NCBI GenBank assembly: GCA_031406595.1
Contig: JANOHQ010000256.1
Location: 1-48,832, forward strand
DNA from: Chitinophagaceae bacterium
GTDB lineage: Bacteria > Bacteroidota > Bacteroidia > Chitinophagales > Chitinophagaceae
Direction: 5' to 3'
Length of the DNA: 48,832 nt
Shown here: positions 1-9,213 of the stretch, in pieces
How the letters are laid out: every line of letters starts with the position of its first letter
How positions within the stretch are numbered: position 1 is the stretch's first letter
Made by a program: the position numbers and the translations under genes
Notes under the pieces: generated by a model
What the model was told of the DNA's origin: nothing
The model's input: only the letters and a program-made list of their open reading frames with translations
The model's database searches: none

Positions 1-1620
1 GACGTTAAGATCAATGTGATCGATACACCGGGTCACGCCGACTTCGGCGGTGAAGTGGAAAGGGTATTAAAAATGGCGGATGGTGTTTGCCTGCTGGTGG
101 ATGCTTTTGAAGGTCCTATGCCGCAGACAAGGTTCGTATTGCAAAAAGCATTGCAACTGAACCTGAAGCCGATCGTTATTATTAATAAGGTGGACAAACC
201 AAATTGCCGCCCTGATGAAGTGCATGATGCGATCTTTGAGTTATTCTTTAACCTGGATGCAACAGAAGCACAGCTGGATTTCCCCACTTTTTATGGCTCG
301 GGAAAAAATGGCTGGTTCAATGATTCGCTGGAACAGATCGAAGGCATTACTCCGTTGCTCGATGGTATTGTAAAATATGTACCGCCACCCAAGGTGAATG
401 AAGGGCCGGTGCAGATGCAGATCACTTCACTGGATTACTCCTCTTTCCTGGGCCGTATCGCCATAGGAAAAGTAAGCCGTGGTGTATTGACGGAAGGTCA
501 GAACATTGTTTTAATGCAGGCGGATGGCAGCATTAAGAAAACAAAAGTAAGAGAGCTGTATGTGTTTGAAGGAATGGGTAAGAAGAGAGTAACAGAAGTA
601 ATAGCAGGCGACTTGTGTGCGGTGGTGGGTATTGAAGGATTCAATATCGGTGATACACTGTCTGATGCAGAAACGCCTGAGGCATTACCGGTGATCAGCG
701 TAGATGAACCAACCATGAACATGTTGTTTTCTGTAAACAATTCTCCCTTCTTCGGAAGAGATGGAAAATTTGTTACATCGAGACACCTGCGGGACAGGTT
801 GATGAAAGAGACAGAGAAAAATCTTGCTTTAAAAGTGGAAGACAGTGAAGAAGGGGATAGTATGATGGTATATGGTCGTGGTATTCTCCATCTCGGTATC
901 CTGATCGAGACCATGCGCCGTGAAGGATACGAGTTGACTGTCGGTCAGCCACAGGTAATTATAAAAGAGATCAACGGTAAAAAATGTGAGCCGTATGAAA
1001 ACCTGGTGGTGGATGTGCCGCAGGAATTTGCCAGCAAGGTTATTGACCTGGTTAGCCGTCGCAAAGGCGAAATGCTGATCATGGAAACCAAAGGGGAGAT
1101 GCAGCACCTGGAATTTGAAATTCCTTCAAGAGGGTTGATAGGCCTGCGTACACAAATGCTGACCGCCACTACCGGCGAAGCAGTAATGGCCCACCGTTTT
1201 ACTGAATATAAACCCTGGAAAGGCCCGATCCCCGGAAGAGGTAATGGCGTATTGCTTTCCAAGAATACTGAAAAGACAACAGGGTATTCCATCGATAAAT
1301 TGCAGGACCGGGGTAGTTTCTTTGTTGATGCCGGTGAAGAAGTATATGCTGGTCAGATCATCGCGGAGAACATTAAACCAGGGGACCTGGTGGTGAATGC
1401 TACAGAGCCGAAAAAACTGACGAATCACCGGGCGAGCGGAAGTGACGATGCTACCCGTATTCAACCTAAAACGTTAATGACACTCGAAGAGTGTATGGAA
1501 TATATCCAGCAGGATGAGTGTATCGAAGTAACACCGAGCTTTATCCGTATGCGGAAAGTGATATTGAATGAAGATGAAAGGAAGAAGGTGCAGAAGAAGA
1601 TGGAATCTGAAGCGGTGTGA
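1..1620 (+). CDS. typA: Translational GTPase TypA/BipA (5'-truncated by window edge)
   Basis: INVIDTPGHADFGGEVER, NKVD G4 motif, GRGILHLGILIETMRREGYE and C-terminal K.LTN.RASGSD; frame open from base 1. Confidence 0.97.
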   Translation, partial: DVKINVIDTPGHADFGGEVERVLKMADGVCLLVDAFEGPMPQTRFVLQKALQLNLKPIVIINKVDKPNCRPDEVHDAIFELFFNLDATEAQLDFPTFYGSGKNGWFNDSLEQIEGITPLLDGIVKYVPPPKVNEGPVQMQITSLDYSSFLGRIAIGKVSRGVLTEGQNIVLMQADGSIKKTKVRELYVFEGMGKKRVTEVIAGDLCAVVGIEGFNIGDTLSDAETPEALPVISVDEPTMNMLFSVNNSPFFGRDGKFVTSRHLRDRLMKETEKNLALKVEDSEEGDSMMVYGRGILHLGILIETMRREGYELTVGQPQVIIKEINGKKCEPYENLVVDVPQEFASKVIDLVSRRKGEMLIMETKGEMQHLEFEIPSRGLIGLRTQMLTATTGEAVMAHRFTEYKPWKGPIPGRGNGVLLSKNTEKTTGYSIDKLQDRGSFFVDAGEEVYAGQIIAENIKPGDLVVNATEPKKLTNHRASGSDDATRIQPKTLMTLEECMEYIQQDECIEVTPSFIRMRKVILNEDERKKVQKKMESEAV

Positions 1621-1647
1621 TTTACAACCCAATAAATTTATTCACGG

Positions 1648-1676
1648 AAACACAGGTACATTGCCTGTGTTTTTTT
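1648..1676 (+). terminator. Rho-independent terminator of typA
   Basis: AAACACAGG-7 nt loop-CCTGTGTTT followed by a T run. Confidence 0.8.
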
Positions 1677-1705
1677 ATGGATCATTGCAAGGCTAAAAGA
1701 TGGAA

Positions 1706-1744
1706 GCGGAAGCGGTATAAAGGTTCGGATCATACCACTTCCGT
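1706..1744 (-). terminator. Hairpin just downstream of the TPR gene
   Basis: GCGGAAGCGGTAT ... ATACCACTTCCGT imperfect inverted repeat; no clear U tract. Confidence 0.4.
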
Positions 1745-1748
1745 TGCT

Positions 1749-2882
1749 TCACATCTTATTTACTTTATCCTGTAAGCCCGTTGCGTCTTTTGAGTTCAGA
1801 CCTATTAATTCATCCACCATTTTCTGGGCCATGGTCCTGTTGCCCTGGGCGATATAAATGAGGCCTGAATAATAACGGGCATTTGTATTGGTCGGATTTA
1901 ACTTCAATGCTTTATTCATGCTTTCCAACCCTAAGGAATAGTTGTTCAGTTTATAATAGGCATATCCCAGTTCAACATGAGCGGCTGTATAGGTCGACTC
2001 CTGCTCGATCGCTGTTTTTAGATAGGGCACTGCTTCGCTGTATCTTTCTTTACTGTTAAGACAATACGCCATTCCAAAACAAGCTTTTCTTTCCGTTGAA
2101 TTAATGTCCAGGGCTTTTTGGTACCATTTCATAGCTTCATCCCTGTCTTTGATATTGTCCCGATAGACCTCACCGATCCCGTTGTAAGGAATATGGCTTT
2201 TGGGATCCAGATCAATCGCTTTCTTATAATGGGCGATTGCTACATCATTTTGTTTTAACCGGCTACTGGCAAAACCCAGTTCGAGGTGGGTATTGAGATA
2301 ATCAGTTTTGAACGACTTGGATTTATCCAGGGCAATGATCGCCTCCTCGTATTTTTTCAATGCGTTGTACATAAAACCTTTGCGGTACCAATAGAGGTAA
2401 TCTGTGATTGGGTTTTTGGCGTATTCCTCGTATTTTTTAAAGTATTCCACGCCGGAGGTATAATCTTCCTGGTAATAAGCGATAACGCCCAATTGTTTAT
2501 GCGCCAGGGAATAATCTGGCTTGAGTTCCAGGCAACGCTTATAGTGATCAATGGCTGAATCGTATTTGTTGGTCTTTTCAAAAGCATAGCCCAATTCAAA
2601 ATGAACTTTTGGAACCGTGGGCCATTTCTGGACTGCTTTCCTCAGGTATATAATAGCATTTATATGATCTTTCAGGTCATTGCTGCACCAGCCCATTTCA
2701 TACCAGGCTGCAGTGTAACCAGGGTCGCGTTTAGTTGCTTCGTGGTAAGCAGCCAGTGCTTCTTTTGCTTTTTTCTCATTTTTTAATGTATTGCCTTTTT
2801 CATAGAACTCTACAGCGGTTTGGGCTTTGCAGAGACAGGCGATCACAAGGAATACAGGCAGAAGCAATAAGTGGCGGCGCAT
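1749..2882 (-). CDS. Secreted tetratricopeptide repeat protein
   Basis: Signal peptide (MRRHLLLL...CKAQ) followed by many TPR units (e.g. HFELGYAFEK, AHKQLGVIAY); ATG at 2882 preferred over TTG at 2903. Confidence 0.88.
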   Translation of the reverse strand: MRRHLLLLPVFLVIACLCKAQTAVEFYEKGNTLKNEKKAKEALAAYHEATKRDPGYTAAWYEMGWCSNDLKDHINAIIYLRKAVQKWPTVPKVHFELGYAFEKTNKYDSAIDHYKRCLELKPDYSLAHKQLGVIAYYQEDYTSGVEYFKKYEEYAKNPITDYLYWYRKGFMYNALKKYEEAIIALDKSKSFKTDYLNTHLELGFASSRLKQNDVAIAHYKKAIDLDPKSHIPYNGIGEVYRDNIKDRDEAMKWYQKALDINSTERKACFGMAYCLNSKERYSEAVPYLKTAIEQESTYTAAHVELGYAYYKLNNYSLGLESMNKALKLNPTNTNARYYSGLIYIAQGNRTMAQKMVDELIGLNSKDATGLQDKVNKM

Positions 2883-3055
2883 AAAAAAGGGTTTAGATTT
2901 CAAAGTTCAGGATTTTGTCCGGGAGGGTCAATACCCGCTGGTACGGATAGATTTTTCTATCGGTTGGTTGCAGAAGGGCCTTGAACCTTTAATAATTTAT
3001 AATATGATGTGCTGCAATAATCGGGTTTACCTGGTAATAATACCCCTTTAGAACT

Positions 3056-3063
3056 TAACTTTG
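3056..3063 (+). promoter_or_regulatory. Bacteroidota sigma70 -7 element
   Basis: TAACTTTG matches TAnnTTTG, 17 bp upstream of the ATG at 3081. Confidence 0.55.
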
Positions 3064-3080
3064 CGGCAAATATCCCGGTC

Positions 3081-3302
3081 ATGAAAAAGTGGGTACAGGC
3101 ATTACTCTTTACTATTGTTTTATTGCTGTCATCGCAACAATATACGGAAGCGCAATGTTCCATCTGTACCAAAACCACCCAGCAACTCGGCGAGAAGCCC
3201 GCCAAAGGCATGAACTCCGGGATCCTCTACCTCGCATTTGCTCCCTTCGCCATTGTCGGCTATATCGGTTACCGCTGGTGGAGCCGGAATAGAGAAGTCT
3301 GA
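3081..3302 (+). CDS. Small exported/membrane protein with CxxC (AQCSIC...GMNSGILYL)
   Basis: Signal peptide, CxxC, C-terminal TM helix; resembles a conserved small Bacteroidota family. Confidence 0.75.
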   Translation: MKKWVQALLFTIVLLLSSQQYTEAQCSICTKTTQQLGEKPAKGMNSGILYLAFAPFAIVGYIGYRWWSRNREV

Positions 3303-3370
3303 CCCGCCGGTAATAATTGATAATAACGCGTTTTGAATTTCCTTATCTTAAGCAGATAAAACTACTTTTT

Positions 3371-5809
3371 ATGCGAAAGCTGTTGTTGCTTGTCCTCTTG
3401 TTTCCGTTTTATGTAACCGCTCAAAAACTTCCCTCTATCGAAGAAAAAACAAAAGATCTCAAAAAATACGAGGGCTTCCTGAATTTTTATTGGGATGAGA
3501 ACAGCGGCAAGATCTGGCTCGAAATAAATAAACTGGACACGGAAATATTATACTACACCACATTACCCGCGGGGCTGGGATCCAATGATATTGGGCTGGA
3601 CAGAGGTTTATTGAGTGGCGAGCGCATCGTAAAATTTTCAAAGACGGGAAGAAAGATACTATTGGTACAGCCAAATTATAATTACCGGGCTGTTACCAAT
3701 GATATCGCAGAAAAAAGAGCTGTTGAGCAATCCTTTGCCCAGTCTGCGCTCTGGGGCTTTACAGCAGAAGCAGAAACGGCTGATCGTTTCCTCGTTGATG
3801 CCACCGATTTTTTTCTAAGAGATGCGATGCAGGTGGCTTCCCGGCTCAGAACAGGTCAGCAGGGGAATTATTCGCTGGATAAAAGCCGGTCGGTCATTTA
3901 TTTACCAAGGACTAAGAACTTCCCCCAGAATTCAGAATTTGAAGCAACGCTCACATTTGTCAATATCGATGGCACTACAGGCAACTTTGTCAATTCTGTC
4001 ACACCATCACCTGAAGCGGTTACATTGCGCATACACCATTCTTTTGTGCAGTTGCCGGATAACGATTACCAGCCCAGGGAATTTGACCCACGCAGCAGTT
4101 ATATTCCCATTTCTTTTTATGATTACAGTTCACCTGTTTCGCAACCGGTTGAAAAATATTTTATCACGCGGCACCGCTTGAAGAAGAAGGATCCAACTGC
4201 GGCAATAAGCGAAGCTGTAAAACCCATTATTTATTATCTCGACAATGGAACACCCGAGCCGATCCGCAGTGCTTTGCTGGAAGGAGCTGGTTGGTGGAAC
4301 CAGGCTTTTGAGGCAGCCGGGTATAAAAATGCGTTCCAGGTAAAGCTATTACCCGAAGATGCCGACCCGATGGATGTGCGATACAGTGTGATCAACTGGG
4401 TGCATCGTTCCACCCGCGGATGGAGCTATGGAGCGTCCGTTACGGATCCAAGGACCGGGGAGATAATAAAAGGACATGTAACACTTGGTTCATTGAGGGT
4501 GCGACAAGATTATATGATTGCACAGGGTTTGCTGGCTCCGTTTGACCGAAAGGACTCCCCTGGAGAAAATGGGGAGCCGGTCACTGATCCTATGTTGAAA
4601 ATGGCTTTGGACCGGTTAAAGCAATTGTCCGCACATGAAGTGGGACATACATTGGGACTGATGCATAATTATGCTTCCAGCGTAAGTGACAGGGCCAGTG
4701 TGATGGATTACCCGCATCCGCAGGCAATGATCGACGCGAAAGGAGAGATCGACATTGTGAATGCCTATGATGGCAAGATCGGGGAATGGGATAAAGTGGC
4801 CATTGCCTGGGGCTACCAGGATTTTCCAAACGGCGCTAATGAAGCAGGATTATTAAAAGACATACTTCTGCGTGCCCAAACAAACGGATTACAATTTATC
4901 TCCGACCAGGATGCCCGTGCACCAGGTGGTATGCATCCACAGGCCCATCTATGGGACAACGGGAATGATGCGGTGGCTGAATTAAAACAGGTATTGAAAG
5001 TGAGGGCAAAAGCGCTGGCTGATTTTGGTGAGAACAATATTCGCCCCGGTATGCCCATGGCGATGCTGGAAGATGTATTGGTGCCGGTTTATTTTTATCA
5101 TCGCTATCAACTGGAAGCTGTCACAAAACTGGTCGGAGGTATGTATTATACTTATGCTTTGCGTGACGGAGCGGCATCCAAAACCAGGGCGCTCAGTAAA
5201 GAAGAACAACGCCAGGCATTAAATGTAATTATAGATTGTATCGATCCTCAACTACTGGAACTTCCCCTTCGCATCACAGAACTGGTACCACCGCGGCCAG
5301 CGGGATATAATTTTTCAAGAGAACTTTTCAGGAAGAGAACGGGGTTGTCTTTCGATGCGCTGTCACCAGCCGAAACCGCGGCTGATCTGCCTTTTTCCTT
5401 CCTGTTCAACCCGCAAAGACTGAGCAGGATGGCGCAATTCGAAATACAAAACAAAGGGCTGGGTGTGGGAGAAATGATCCATTTGCTCATTGGCAAAACG
5501 TGGAAGGCCCCGAGATTAGCAGGTATACAGGGACTAATACAGCTACAGACTGAACAGGTATTGCTGACCTATATCTTATCTGCCAGCGTGAATGACAACA
5601 ATTCCTTTATTGTAAAAGCAACGCTTCAGCAAAAACTCGCGGAGCTGAAAACTTTTGTTGAAACACAAAGCAAAACAACATCCGTTGAAACATACAAAGG
5701 ACATCTGCTGCTGGCCCTGGAAAGAATGAAAGACCCTGCTGCCGCCAAACCCACTATCCACAAAGAGATACCACCCGGGGCACCGATCGGTTGTGATTGG
5801 GAGGAATAA
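3371..5809 (+). CDS. Secreted zinc-dependent metalloprotease (DUF5117/DUF4953-type)
   Basis: HEVGHTLGLMH zinc motif, SVMDY Met-turn, DPRTGEII; signal peptide from MRKLLLL. Confidence 0.9.
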   Translation: MRKLLLLVLLFPFYVTAQKLPSIEEKTKDLKKYEGFLNFYWDENSGKIWLEINKLDTEILYYTTLPAGLGSNDIGLDRGLLSGERIVKFSKTGRKILLVQPNYNYRAVTNDIAEKRAVEQSFAQSALWGFTAEAETADRFLVDATDFFLRDAMQVASRLRTGQQGNYSLDKSRSVIYLPRTKNFPQNSEFEATLTFVNIDGTTGNFVNSVTPSPEAVTLRIHHSFVQLPDNDYQPREFDPRSSYIPISFYDYSSPVSQPVEKYFITRHRLKKKDPTAAISEAVKPIIYYLDNGTPEPIRSALLEGAGWWNQAFEAAGYKNAFQVKLLPEDADPMDVRYSVINWVHRSTRGWSYGASVTDPRTGEIIKGHVTLGSLRVRQDYMIAQGLLAPFDRKDSPGENGEPVTDPMLKMALDRLKQLSAHEVGHTLGLMHNYASSVSDRASVMDYPHPQAMIDAKGEIDIVNAYDGKIGEWDKVAIAWGYQDFPNGANEAGLLKDILLRAQTNGLQFISDQDARAPGGMHPQAHLWDNGNDAVAELKQVLKVRAKALADFGENNIRPGMPMAMLEDVLVPVYFYHRYQLEAVTKLVGGMYYTYALRDGAASKTRALSKEEQRQALNVIIDCIDPQLLELPLRITELVPPRPAGYNFSRELFRKRTGLSFDALSPAETAADLPFSFLFNPQRLSRMAQFEIQNKGLGVGEMIHLLIGKTWKAPRLAGIQGLIQLQTEQVLLTYILSASVNDNNSFIVKATLQQKLAELKTFVETQSKTTSVETYKGHLLLALERMKDPAAAKPTIHKEIPPGAPIGCDWEE

Positions 5810-5893
5810 GCACAAATGCACGGGTTCTTTTTTGCCGGGAAGACGGTAAGTCGGTAAGAAAAGAATATGCTAATCAACCCTTCCCGCCTCACC

Positions 5894-5919
5894 GTCCCTG
5901 CCTGCCGGCAGGCAGGGAC
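5894..5919. repeat. Perfect 26-bp palindrome (CCTGCCTGCCGGCAGGCAGG core)
   Basis: GTCCCTGCCTGCC|GGCAGGCAGGGAC; degenerate copy at 40232-40253. Confidence 0.85.
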
Positions 5920-5953
5920 CCGGTTATATGTGGTTAGATAGTCATGGAGAAAG

Positions 5954-7855
5954 TTACCGGATAACTATTTTCTGAACCGACTGGTTAAGCCAGAGCAAAT
6001 AAATGCCTGCTGTCAAATGCGGGAGGTCGATCTCTGCCGCTGCCGTTGTAATATTTTTTTGGTAGATGATCTTTCCTGACATGTCTGCTATTCTCATATC
6101 TGCAGGTGTTGTAAAATTTCCGCGTACACTGATCTTACCACTTGCCGGATTGGGATAAACAGTAAATGAATGATCGCCGGTGATGACCAACTTTACAGGA
6201 GAGTAAGAGATGCTTGTATTGATCTCGATAAAACGGATGCGGTAATAATTTTTACCTGCTGGCGGATTTTCATCGATCATATTATACTGGTGAACCTGGT
6301 TATTGGTTGCAATGGATCGTAAAGTAGTCCATTGATTCGCATCCGCAGATCGTTCTATAACAAACCATTTAATATCTGCCGGGTTGCCGACCTCCCATTT
6401 CAAGAAAACTTTTTTATTGACGAGGCTTGCATTAAAGCTAATAAGTTGAACAGGGAGCAATACCGTACAGTACCCTGCCGGGTCCGTTGACCGGGGAAAC
6501 ACATAACCCGGAAAACCGGTTCCATCGATGCCATCAACGCCAGGGCGGCTCGAACAGGTGCCCAGGCTGTTTGATTCCTGGCCGGCAATACCGCCATCCA
6601 TGAATGCATTCGAATGGACGGGCCCGGAAAAATAGATGGCCCCGCCACTACCGCCACCACCCCCGCCAAAACAACGGTTGTTGACAGCGCTGTTATTGGA
6701 GTTGCCACCATTTCCACCGTTCGTTTTTATTTTAACGGTAGGTGAATAATTATTGATGTTAAGTACGATGGTACCACCTGCGCCTCCGCCACCTGCACCG
6801 TCGGATGTGGATGCGCCGCCACGTCCTCCATTTGCACTGATCGTGTCGGAACCCCAGAGATTGGTTGCCCAGATAAAAACGATACCTCCACCGTTGCCTC
6901 CATAGTTGGATAAGGCAGTACCATTGTTGGCATGTCCTGCGCCGCCACCGCCACCTAAAAATATCTTTGTACCGGAAGATGAATTTAGTGGCCATCCTGC
7001 CACACCTGAATTATTATTAAGATTACAGTTGAATGGTCCGCTGCTGCTATTACGTCCGCCGAGACCGCCTGCACTCAGGTTGGATCCACCGCCGCCACTA
7101 TTGTTGTGATTATTACCACCACCGCCACCGTTTGCATAAGCACCTCTTCCGCCCAAATAATTTGTTGATGTAACGGTTGCTATCCCTTCGCCCTTATAAG
7201 CACCATTGGTGGGATCTGCAGCAGCTGGATTGTAAAAATAGCCTGTACCAACGATCGGGTTGCAGTTGCCTGTGTGTGAATAATGAGGACCACCCGCATA
7301 GCCGCTGGAATCGGCATAGATCGGGGCATTGACGGTTATATCCTGGTCGGCAAAAAGGGCAATAACACCCCCGGTTCCGGCTGTACTGTCCCAGGATGCT
7401 GCTTTTACCGTGTCTACTATATTGGCAGAATAGTATTGCCCGAACTGTACCAATTGAACTTTGCCGGATGTATAATTATAAGTATTCAGAAGATTATGAA
7501 AAAGGAATACTGAATCGCCAATAATATAACAAACCGTACCGATCTCGTAATCGCCCGCCCCGTTCATGGCAGTTACGGTTCCGAAACTGGCGCCATTGGC
7601 CTGGTCTACAGAAGCTCCCTTCATTTGTACAATCATCACGTAACTGTTTATATCAAGCCCGGTGATATCAGCCACACGGACACAGGCTTTGGCGGGAATT
7701 ATTTCAATGATTTTGTGATACGTGTTGACAATACCGCTGATATTGCTGGTTTGGGAAAACAGTGGTGTAAGAGATAATAAACTGCAAACGAAGACGGTTA
7801 ATCTTCTTTTGCAGGCAATGCCTGCCTTCGTTATAAATAGGTAAAAAGGTTTCAT
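5954..7855 (-). CDS. Glycine-rich T9SS type A sorting domain protein
   Basis: GGGGG-rich core, LPVQLISF Ig-like domain, YPNPA...GIYLL...KIVIR C-terminal domain; start uncertain (7855 or 7909). Confidence 0.85.
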   Translation of the reverse strand: MKPFYLFITKAGIACKRRLTVFVCSLLSLTPLFSQTSNISGIVNTYHKIIEIIPAKACVRVADITGLDINSYVMIVQMKGASVDQANGASFGTVTAMNGAGDYEIGTVCYIIGDSVFLFHNLLNTYNYTSGKVQLVQFGQYYSANIVDTVKAASWDSTAGTGGVIALFADQDITVNAPIYADSSGYAGGPHYSHTGNCNPIVGTGYFYNPAAADPTNGAYKGEGIATVTSTNYLGGRGAYANGGGGGNNHNNSGGGGSNLSAGGLGGRNSSSGPFNCNLNNNSGVAGWPLNSSSGTKIFLGGGGGAGHANNGTALSNYGGNGGGIVFIWATNLWGSDTISANGGRGGASTSDGAGGGGAGGTIVLNINNYSPTVKIKTNGGNGGNSNNSAVNNRCFGGGGGGSGGAIYFSGPVHSNAFMDGGIAGQESNSLGTCSSRPGVDGIDGTGFPGYVFPRSTDPAGYCTVLLPVQLISFNASLVNKKVFLKWEVGNPADIKWFVIERSADANQWTTLRSIATNNQVHQYNMIDENPPAGKNYYRIRFIEINTSISYSPVKLVITGDHSFTVYPNPASGKISVRGNFTTPADMRIADMSGKIIYQKNITTAAAEIDLPHLTAGIYLLWLNQSVQKIVIR

Positions 7856-7960
7856 CAATCTCTTCCAAGATAGCAACATTAACCAGCCTGTGAAATAGGT
7901 AAAATCCACAGGTCTTAATAACTATTTATTGCAGCAAGTACGGGCGTTGCGCGGAGGTTT

Positions 7961-8230
7961 TTACGAAATGGTTTTATGCGTTCCGTCGCAGAACGGCGGT
8001 GTTTTGGTGCGCTTGCACTGGCAAAACCAAACCTGTTCCGGTTTATCAAAAACCAGTTTCAGGCTGCGAAATGGCAGGCCTTCGATCTTCTTATGGGTAC
8101 TGTCGCAGAGCGGTTCTTTTTCACTCAACCCGCAACTGCACCAGGAATATACTTTTCCCGGTTCCACATCAATACCTGCGGGTTCACAAATGGCCAGCCT
8201 GGGCAGGTCTTTATCCGGGATCAGGCCCAT
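7961..8230 (-). CDS. CDGSH iron-sulfur domain protein (two CDGSH motifs)
   Basis: WCSCGLS..EPLCDSTH and FCQCKRT..PPFCDGTH. Confidence 0.9.
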   Translation of the reverse strand: MGLIPDKDLPRLAICEPAGIDVEPGKVYSWCSCGLSEKEPLCDSTHKKIEGLPFRSLKLVFDKPEQVWFCQCKRTKTPPFCDGTHKTIS

Positions 8231-8234
8231 ACTA

Positions 8235-9131
8235 TTATTTATCAGCAATGAATTGGTACAAATTGAAATTTCCTTTCTGGTATACGGATTCGATCTCTTT
8301 TTTTAATACGCTTTTATCGATCCCTTTCATTCTTTTTTGTTGAATGAGGTGGAATGCTTTTTCCGCGAGCAGCCAGAATGTTTTGTCGGACAAATGAGCT
8401 TTTTGCAACTGGTGTAATATGATATCCAGTAATTCGGCAATACCTTGTTTCTGTGAAGCCACTGTTTTTACAACAGGCACTTCGTGGTAATGTTTACTGA
8501 AAGCAGGTGCCAGCATCAGTTGCAGGTTTTTTACAAACAGGTCGGCATCGGGCCGGTCGGCTTTGTTCACCACAAAGATATCCGCGATCTCCATCAGCCC
8601 TGCTTTCATAGTCTGTATCTCATCACCGGCCTCCGGTACCACTACCACCACGGTAACATCCGCCAGGCCGGCAATTTCGATCTCACTTTGACCCACACCT
8701 ACAGTTTCCACGATGATATGATCAAAACGAAAGGCTTTGAGCAGATCGGTGATCTCGATGATCTTTGGATGCAATCCTCCCATGGAACCTCTTGTAGCCA
8801 GGGAGCGGATAAAAACATCCGGATGCGTATACCAGTCGCTCATCCTGATCCTGTCACCGAGTACAGCTCCAAGGTTGAATGGGGAAGAAGGATCCACGCA
8901 AAGTACCGCTACTTTTTTCCCGTTACCGGCCAATGAACCGATCAGTGCGTCTACCAGTGTACTTTTTCCTGCACCGGGAGGGCCGGTGATGCCAATGATC
9001 TTTGCAGCCACAGCCGGAAGGGATTGTAATAATGTCTCATAGCCGGGGTGTTCATTTTCTACCAGCGAAATACTCCGGGCCAGGGCTTTGGTATCGCCCT
9101 GCTGCATTTGATGAAGTAATTCCTGCCACAT
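8235..9131 (-). CDS. meaB: Methylmalonyl-CoA mutase-associated GTPase MeaB/ArgK
   Basis: GITGPPGAGKST, DPSSP, GAVLGDRIRM, ETVGVGQSE, NKAD. Confidence 0.93.
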   Translation of the reverse strand: MWQELLHQMQQGDTKALARSISLVENEHPGYETLLQSLPAVAAKIIGITGPPGAGKSTLVDALIGSLAGNGKKVAVLCVDPSSPFNLGAVLGDRIRMSDWYTHPDVFIRSLATRGSMGGLHPKIIEITDLLKAFRFDHIIVETVGVGQSEIEIAGLADVTVVVVVPEAGDEIQTMKAGLMEIADIFVVNKADRPDADLFVKNLQLMLAPAFSKHYHEVPVVKTVASQKQGIAELLDIILHQLQKAHLSDKTFWLLAEKAFHLIQQKRMKGIDKSVLKKEIESVYQKGNFNLYQFIADK

Positions 9132-9170
9132 AGAATAAAAACCAAATCGTATGTTTATGTTTCCTCGTCT

Positions 9171-9203
9171 CTTCTCTCCTGGGGAGAAGGGCGGGGTTGA
9201 GGG
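9171..9203. repeat. REP-like hairpin CTTCTC...GAGAAGG plus G-rich tail GGGGTTGAGG
   Basis: Same architecture as copies at 33869-33903 and 45163-45195. Confidence 0.65.
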
Positions 9204-9205
9204 AA

Positions 9206-9213
9206 CAAAAGTA
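9206..9213 (-). promoter_or_regulatory. -7 promoter element for meaB
   Basis: TACTTTTG on minus strand, about 75 bp upstream of the meaB start. Confidence 0.45.

Noticed and set aside
4546-4580. RKDSPGENGE loop in the metalloprotease with a CTCCCC..GGGGAG stem, as a possible repeat insertion
   Set aside because: Only a 6-bp stem and no clear second copy in the window; needs an ortholog alignment
6600-7160. CCGCCACC-rich low-complexity sequence
   Set aside because: Explained by poly-glycine codons in the T9SS cargo protein
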